A stretch of DNA of 59,242 nt, the filler included, from Bipalium vagum (Eukaryota): NCBI GenBank assembly GCA_037834085.1. It is 3 parts of 3 records of this genome, joined end to end, with 100 filler letters (N's around TTAATTAATTAA, not from the genome) between each part and the next. Parts side by side here need not be neighbours in the genome. Positions count along the whole stretch, not along the records: positions 38,388 to 59,242 come from JBBMKC010245242.1; 2 more parts are not named here. One strand, written 5' to 3'. Made by a program: the position numbers and the translations under genes. Positions 51,541 through 59,242 of this stretch are shown here, one piece after another; within the stretch, counting starts at the first letter, position 1, and every line of letters begins with the position of its first letter. Under the pieces are notes generated by a model. That model was not told the origin of the DNA. It saw only the letters and a program-made list of their open reading frames with translations, and ran no database searches.

Positions 51541-52848
51541 ACGGGTGGCCAATAAAGAATGATAAATTGTTTAAATACATTATTTTTAAACTAAAAAATT
51601 TAAATTTGAATTATTAATTGATTTAATTTATGCCAAGGTTTTTAATATCTTGCAAAATAAACATACGTTATTTTTAGCAATATTTTCTTTTAGATAATGA
51701 CGTATGAGAGCTGTGTAAGAAATTTGATAAAAACTCATTATGAAAATGGGAAAACAACGGAAGAAATTTATGAACCTGTAGCAAAAACGGTACCAAAGTT
51801 CTCTATTTATAGATGGACTAAACTAATAAAAGAGGGAAAATCATTACTTGCTCGAAATTCTCCTGGACGTCCAAGAACTGTAAGAACGAAAAACTTTATC
51901 AAAAATCTTAATGGAAACCTTACAACAAACAAAAAAAGAAATCAGCTAGAAAGTTAAATTTGGATTTCAAATGTTCAAGATGAACGATTGGAAATATTAT
52001 ACATAATGACTTGGGATTTAAGTGCTACAGGAAAATAAAAGTTCCCTTTCTATCTGAGTCCCAAATCAATAGACGAAAGACGTGCTCATCTTGGTTAAGA
52101 AAAAGATTTAGTAAACAGGCAGTGAACAAAATTATGTTTAGTGATGAAAAATCTTTTGATGCAGATGGTAAGTTTAATCCACACAACAACGTCGTTTATG
52201 CTGGCTCTAGAAAAGATGCAAATTTAAAAGGTTGACTTTTTTCAAAGAGAAAATATCCTTTGAAAGTGATGGTAGGGGTTGGACTGACATATCAGGGTCC
52301 GACGAAACCTATATTCTTACCGACAAAAACATCTTTTGATACAAGATTTTATATATCAAATGTACTTTCAATCGTTGCAAAATATGGAAGGGATCGCATT
52401 GGAAGCGATTTCATATATCAGCAGGATGGTGCTAGCTGTCACAGAAGCAAAGAAACAATCGCGGCATTCAAAAAGACTGGTATTTCAAAAATAGCTCCAA
52501 ATCATTGACCACCAAATTCACCAGATCTTAGTCTTCTTGATTATTTATTTTGGGATGAAGTATCAACGAGACTGAAAACAAAAAATTGAAAATCGTACAA
52601 AACTGATTGAAAAAATTAAAGAAACAGTTGCAGAAATTCCATTAAATATGATTCGTCAAGCCATCGATTCCTTTCGACAAAGAGTTTTGACCATAGACAG
52701 GCACAAAGGAGGTTTAATAATTAACTGTTTTAATTAAATAAATTTTGATTTTATTATTTATTAAATACTTTTAATTGAGTTAATTTAACATTATGCTGTC
52801 TATGCCAAGCGTCATTCAAAGAATTATCATTCTTTATTGGCCACCCGT
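51541..52848 (+). mobile_element. Full-length DD37D (maT) transposon with a disrupted transposase, inside the innexin intron
   Basis: Perfect 25-bp TIRs ACGGGTGGCCAATAAAGAATGATAA with TA TSD. Motifs SPGRPRT, MFSDEKSF, YQQDGASCH, *PPNSPDLSLLDY. 37 codons counted between the second and third D. Confidence 0.96.
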
Positions 52849-53086
52849 TAGCGCTTAAACTACACTACAGATAAAAGACACCATTATTTTTAAATATTTC
52901 TGTGTTAAAAATAATAAAAAAACGGTTGGAGTCATACTTGTACATCTTAACATGTGATATTTAACTTAAAAAATTTTTTTTACTTATTAAAATATTTATT
53001 AATCTATTTTGTTTTTATTTTATCATTTTTATATAAATTTATTTTTGCTTTTATTTTATTATTATTCTTACATTAATATTTTATTA

Positions 53087-53400
53087 GGTCGTTTCATGAT
53101 TTCTGTTGGTTTTTACTAACACTAAAATTAAAAAAGCAGCATAATTGAAAGATTTTATTTATCACAATAATCTCTAAAACAACTTTCAATTTACAAACAA
53201 GATTTTATTGGTTTATAAAATTCTAGATTTTTAATATTGAAAAACCAGTCGAGACCTTTTTTAGTATCTTCACAGGAACTGAATCTTTTGCCAGCTGAGT
53301 AGTTTTATTATTAATAGATAGATCTAAAGATTTGATAATCAGAAGATGCAAAATCAGGAATATGCAGTGGGTGCAGAAGAATTAAACCTTTTAAAAAAAC
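53087..53400 (-). mobile_element. Mariner 3' fragment with TIR
   Basis: TA-TTAGGTCGTTTCATGATTTC TIR. Minus-strand HPLHIPDFASSDYQIFRS (HPPYSPDLAPSDYHLFRS). Confidence 0.75.
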
Positions 53401-53829
53401 TAATAAAGAAAAAGAACATCAAAATATTAAGGCTATAAATTTTTAACAGAAATTTTTTTTTCACAGAGATATTTCCACACTGAAAAATTTTACAACGGTA
53501 ATCCTTGAATTTCAACCTCACAGATGAGATCATTATATGAGATCTCTTTCGTTAACAATTCTGATACTTGAAATTTTATGTGATGAGATAGATAGTCAAT
53601 ATAGCTCACATCTTTAGACAGTGAGATCAAGTGGCTTTTCTCGCACGGCTCTTAAAAGGCTGCCAAAATTGTAAGATGAATTTTTTAAATTTTTTAAGTA
53701 AAGAAAATCGTTCTGAAGAACAAATTAAAACAATGCCTTGATAAGAAATCTTTTTCCATTAAAATGAAGTTATTTTTCTTTTCAAATTAATATTTATAAA
53801 TTGACTGTTTAGTATTCGTTTTCTGGCAA

Positions 53830-53990
53830 NNNNNNNNNNNNNNNNNNNNNNNNNNNNNNNNNNNNNNNNNNNNNNNNNNNNNNNNNNNNNNNNNNNNNNN
53901 NNNNNNNNNNNNNNNNNNNNNNNNNNNNNNNNNNNNNNNNNNNNNNNNNNNNNNNNNNNNNNNNNNNNNNNNNNNNNNNNNNNNNNNNNN
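53830..53990. other. Assembly gap followed by an (AAT)n tract
   Basis: N run, then AAT repeats to ~54052. Confidence 0.99.
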
Positions 53991-54016
53991 ATAGTAATTA
54001 TAATAATATTATTGTT

Positions 54017-54055
<39 letters not shown>

Positions 54056-54683
54056 CATTGATCTTGATGCTTAACAGAATATTAAGTAAATTTTAAATAA
54101 TGACCTGAGTCACATTCTGAGTATAAATTTTGGATCTTAAAATTCTTTCAATATGAAAAATAATATAGTTTATTACTATAAAAATTTAAACAAAAAATTG
54201 ATAAACTCTAAAAATTATTATTTATTATAAAGACTGAATTTTAACAATCAATCATTTCTTTTAAAAATTAAATCCAGGAAAATAATGTTTTTTAATAAAT
54301 AAAGAAAGAGCTTTATCAACACTGAATTATTATTTATTATTAATTTTAGTGATTTCAAAGTATTGATTTTTATTGATTTTTAAGAGCGAATTAGCATTTT
54401 ATGAAAAATGATTAATTTATATTAAATTAAAAAAATATTAAAGCATCTTTTCGTACTTTTGTGAAGACGAGAAACTCTTATTATCAACGAAGAACCCTTA
54501 TCATTATTGTTGGGTTCTAGAATTAATAATAATAATAACAATAACAATTAATAATGATATTATTAATTAATAATAATAATATTAACATTACAAAAATTTT
54601 TTTTTTGAAAAGCTATATATTAAAATCTCGCCGTGGGAGTTTTGATATATTAGCTAATGAATTTTTTTGACAATCGTGTGTAC

Positions 54684-55355
54684 TGTAGGTTTCAATCGGA
54701 CTCTATCTCAGCGTGGAGATAGAGTTTGATTAATGGCTATTAGGGAAAATAGCCGCCTATAAGCGTAGGGATTGGAGATCGTAAATCAATCTCTATGACT
54801 ATATAAAGAGACGGCTATTTCCAGAAAACCGCCCAGAATAATTTTGTCAGATAAATACCGTGGATAACAATTTTGTCAGAAGAAAAACCGTGGATCATAA
54901 TTATCATAGAAGAAAAAACCTTTGATTTGCAGTAAGCTATGATCGTTTTGCTGAGGACAGTTGTAAGCCAATTAATTTTCAGTTTATTTCCAGATGACAA
55001 TTCAAAAGGATTCTACAGTGAGTCCCATCGAGTTCGGGAATCCCTAGATGACCTGAAAATGGCCTAGTGAATGACCCGGGGACCTGTTGCTGCTCTGGGT
55101 GAGACGGATTCATTTACGTTATTTTGCTTCCGTTTTCGTTACTTAATTATTATTATCGATTATTTATTTGATTATATTTTTCTTTATTATTAACCTTGCC
55201 ATTGGACTTGATTTCATTTAATTTTAGACATTGATAGATTTACGGTTTTGATTTGATTTATGAGTTGATTTTGATTTGTAATTGTTATGATAGAGTGCAT
55301 AAATCTTTCTGTGAGTGTTTTGATTCAGCTTTTAGGGTGAGGATAAAGTATTACA
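54684..55355 (+). mobile_element. Candidate LTR (~670 bp)
   Basis: TGTAG...TTACA termini, TATATAAA at 54800, GC-richer core and T-rich 3' segment, followed by AATTGG. No TSD or partner LTR seen. Confidence 0.45.
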
Positions 55356-55559
55356 AATTGGAGTTTTGATTCAGTGAGAAAGCAGATAAGGTTTTATCGT
55401 GGGTGTTTTTATTCATTTTGGTTTTAAATTCGAAAAAACGAACACAAACATTAAAGTAAGGAGTTTTCGATAGATGAGCGAAGGTTACTTCTTAAGTTAT
55501 AATAGTAACATTATGTATGACATTTATATATTCGGTTCTTTAATGTAAAATAACAAAGT

Positions 55560-56060
55560 AAATCTTAACAACATTGAAAATCTTTATTATATAACATATT
55601 GGTCATTACTATCACAAATGTGCTGCCATCTTTCAGGTAATATCATGATTCTCTTTTCATAAAATTTCTAGTCTTTTTTTTTAGCAAAAACAAGCCCAGG
55701 TAACTTTGACACCGCCATCTGAGAGAAATATTTTCTCAGCCAATGAGTTTTGTAGAGAGCGAAACACAAAGTAATCTGACAGTGCAAAATTAGGACTATA
55801 TGGTGATGTTGGTGATGGGAACAACATCTCTACGAATACCGATTCCGGACGTTTCTACTTCAAGGAATCATTTAATTGGTCATATTGGTGACAAGAAACA
55901 TCGGAAATAATTGTATTTCTAGTTTTGCTAGTAAAAGTATTCCTAGGCAAAAGTTCAAAATATACCATTTCCCTATAATCCAACCATATGGACATCACGA
56001 GCTTTTCTGATGTCTTTCAGATTTTGAATTGTTTGAGATGACTCACGACCACGACCTTTA
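55560..56060 (-). mobile_element. Decayed mariner C-terminal fragment
   Basis: Minus-strand SPYSPNFALSDYFVFRSLQNSLAE (YSPDLAPSDY.LFRSLQN). Confidence 0.75.
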
Positions 56061-58119
56061 ACGGATTATATTACTGTACTACAATAGTCAAAATCACCAA
56101 AGTGAACTCTGGCTATAAATTTGGAATAGAATACAATTTGAATTCAGAAATATGAAATCAAAGATAAAAAAATGAAACATTCGTCTACAAGGTTCATGGA
56201 AGAATTTTTGGAAAAACAAGCAGAAAAGAAATTAACTGATAAGGTGAACCATTTACCAGACGATTTGATCCTCATTATCCTTGGGGGTGATGAATTTTGT
56301 TATTGAGTATTCATCAATAAATGTCCTCTTGCTTATTAAATAAGTTAACTAAAACACTCAGTTTTTTAGGTTCCCCTCTTATATTCGATACAAAAAATAA
56401 TATAGCACCATTTTATAACAATCGGATACTCAATTGTTCTTTCACTATTTGCTCAAACCTCTCTTTATTCAACTCAAATGACCAGGGGTTATTTTCATCC
56501 TATGAATCTTGAAAAAAATCCCTTACAATGATGAATAAAAAAGAAACTCCAATCATTACAGTAAGTGTAATTAAAATCGGAACTCTATATTCAAACGTTA
56601 AAATTCTTTTCAAGCATTAAAACAAAAATTAATGTATAAAAGGAATTTATTATCGAAAAAATGAAAGAAAACTCAACTCTGTGTTCCTACCAGTTTTGTT
56701 TTATCTAATCCGTTGGAAGTGTTCAGAGATACGATCAAGACAGTAAGCATCTTGGAGAAATTCTTAAGTTATACAAATTCATTTAATAAAATGGCAAAAA
56801 CAATTAGAATAATTTAAGCTGGTTGCCATAAACTGACAGTTATGAATTTAATTTTTTTCCCCAGCAATGGTCTATAGCAGTTTTTACCATTGAACAAATA
56901 TTGTTAGCAACGTGGTTTAACTCATTTGTAAATTGTCTTTAGGTAAACCTTTCCCAAACAGATTAAACTGTCAGTCATGAGGAAAACAATAATATATTCT
57001 TTCTACGAAACTTCTCAAATTGCTTCAAGTGCTCTGATTTTAATAATATAAAAAAATTTAATATAATTCTCATAATTTTTTTCTCACAATTTCCTCTCAG
57101 TTGGAAAGTCATTAGTATCATTAAAATTATGATAAATATAACCAATTTCATTTTATGACAGATACTTTCTCTTAAAATATCTCAAAACACTTAAAAAATT
57201 GTTCGATATGAAAATATATTTTATTATCATTTATTATTTGATGGAACCATTTCAGTGGGTTGGAGAAAATTTGGGAAACTACTGACGCTTACATTTGATT
57301 GTCTGATGTACAACAGTGTACTTATTTTAAAAATAAATATAAATAATAATAATAATAATAATGAAAATAACGATTAATAAAAATAATAATGTGGAAAAGG
57401 TAATATTACAGCATTTTTTTCAACGGCTAAGTTATTTTTAAATTGCTTAAGTTTTTGAAAAGTTATTGTTAATTGATGCAGTAAAACAATGTCGTTTTGT
57501 AAGAAAAAATCAAATCGAATTTAACTGATTTTTTTAGTCTCTCTCAATCAATTGAATTAAATTATGCTGTAATTATTATAGATTTATTATAGACAAAGCC
57601 ATCTTTTAAGAACAGACCGAAAAAATCTGTACATCTACTATATTGATTTGAATAACCTCTTAAAAATGAATATCAGTCAGCCAAAAATGTAAGAATTACA
57701 ATTAGCAACAAATTCAGAACTCAAGTCATTGAATATTGAAAACCACGGACAACCAATTGTAATGGATGCTGAAGATTTGAAGCTGAATGAAAAAACGGCA
57801 AATTCGATTATTAGATGTTTAAGAAACATAGGAAGACCAGAAAGAGCCGAATACGAGGACATCCTCCAAAAGATTAGCACCAGAATTCGATGAATTTATC
57901 AAAGGAATTATCGAAAGATATTTATGTGTAACCTTAGAATGTATTAAACAGGTTTAAATAAATAGATTTTCATTAATAATAATAAGTATAGGGAGGCGCA
58001 ATTTAGACATCAAAATGGAATCCAGGAAATTAATGTCAAACAGAAATCCAATTTGTCAGTAAACGAAAATAGTAGAATTAATAAATAATAATAATTTTAC
58101 TCTTCAAAATAATAACTCT

Positions 58120-58525
58120 TGCGTAAGATTTTCGGTAAACGGATAATTTTAAGAAACTCGACATTCAACTGGCCATCGTTCACCAGATTTATTACATCCA
58201 GATTATTTTTTTGGGATATCTGAAGGAGAAAGCTTATGTTAATAATCCTCCAAAGTTCATTCAACAAGTAAAAAACAATATTTGTGATGAAATTAATACC
58301 ATAAATCCGAAAGTTTTACCTGATGTCATGGAGAACTCTGTAAAAAGAGCATAACTTTGTGAGGTACAAAATGGTAGTCACTTAAATGACATAATTTTCA
58401 AAAATAGTTTTACAAACCTCTATGACTCATTGTTTATGTATCCTATTCGAAATAAATAATTGTCTTGAACATTTGTGTTATATAATTGTTTAAAATCATT
58501 AAGTAACCTTTGCGCTAACCTGTAT
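58120..58525 (+). mobile_element. 3' fragment of a DD41D-like Tc1/mariner element
   Basis: FGKRIILRNSTFNWP.SPDL, GYLKEKAYVNNP, LCEVQNGSHLNDIIFK, and terminal TTTGCGCTAACCTG-TA. Confidence 0.8.
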
Positions 58526-59220
58526 AGCTAGTGTTTACTTCTGATGTAGCCACCATGTTAGTGATGGTTAGTTTATTTCATTATCGTTTGAAATTAGCAT
58601 CCTCGGAAACTTGATAATAACATTTATTAATATTAAAAATGTTTTTGGTTTTTATCTGAGACTAACATATAAATAAATTAAATTTTTTATTCTTTTAAAA
58701 CTTTGACTAAAAATTTTAATAATATTCTTACAATGACAAAAGTAAGGGTAATAATAATAGTAATGATAATAATAATTGTTATTTTTATTATTACACCTAT
58801 TATTTGATTTTATTGTTTTTAGTTATCTTAGATTTGTTTACTTGAAATTTCATGCTTGGTTGACTTTTAATTCTATTATAAATTGGTTAACTGTGCCAAC
58901 TTGCTACAACTGTTATGAAAATTTTTCAGACTGCACCAAAAATATGTACCATCATTAGTGGAAAATAGTATCTGTCTTGCCATGCCAAATCTATTTGGAC
59001 TTTGTATATATCCTATCAGAAATACCGAAGTGACACTAGGTATGAAATCCCCTGGTAGTAAATATATTTATGAATTATTTCAATATCGAACGAAAGGAGA
59101 TTAAGTATATAATACTATTTTATTTTCGACATTAATTAGGAATGCACGGAGACAATTTGGAAACTTGCGAAGGTTATGAAAATATGGTGATAAAGTGACG
59201 GTGACAAAACATAGCCGATA

Positions 59221-59241
59221 TCTCTCTCTCTCTCTCTCTCT
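59221..59241. repeat. (TC)n microsatellite
   Basis: About 10 TC units at the window end. Confidence 0.9.
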
Positions 59242-59242
59242 A

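Noticed and set aside
52506-52508. TGA at conserved Trp positions in several transposases, suggesting TGA=Trp recoding
   Set aside because: These copies also carry frameshifts and other stops. TGG>TGA is a simple transition, and the intact GPCR and innexin frames contain no internal TGA.
57680-57900. Coding-like plus-strand stretch (ELQLATNSELK...EDILQKISTR)
   Set aside because: No recognisable motif, start codon or clear splice sites. Probably a TE fragment, but I cannot assign it.
58880-59040. Minus-strand ..AWQDRYYFP.. as a possible upstream innexin exon, or YIQSPNRFGM as piggyBac
   Set aside because: It lacks FPRVT.C and stops soon after. The piggyBac resemblance is a single short motif.

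Overview
This is a very AT-rich animal genomic window. The innexin, the receptor type and the dense mariner load fit a lophotrochozoan, most plausibly a planarian or other flatworm; this is inference. Only two host protein-coding segments are supportable: an uninterrupted 326-aa rhodopsin-class peptide-receptor-like GPCR ORF (4348-5328, minus) and the terminal coding exon of an innexin (50797-51283, minus), whose upstream exons I did not find in the window. The rest is mostly decayed transposable elements: more than 15 mariner fragments, Tc1 copies, TIR-complete DD37D (maT) and DD41D-like (rosa/Visitor) elements, pogo/Tigger elements and MITEs, a CGGBP-like hAT transposase, a fragmented Gypsy pol, a Penelope RT fragment, candidate LTRs and a candidate non-autonomous Helitron. 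The most unexpected item is a 551-bp element with plant Stowaway/DD39D-type CTCCCTCCGT termini and a matching transposase N-terminus (45007-45557). There are four assembly gaps, two with an artificial TTAATTAATTAA linker. No CRISPR array, rRNA or convincing tRNA gene was seen, and I found no evidence for a wholly new multi-gene system.
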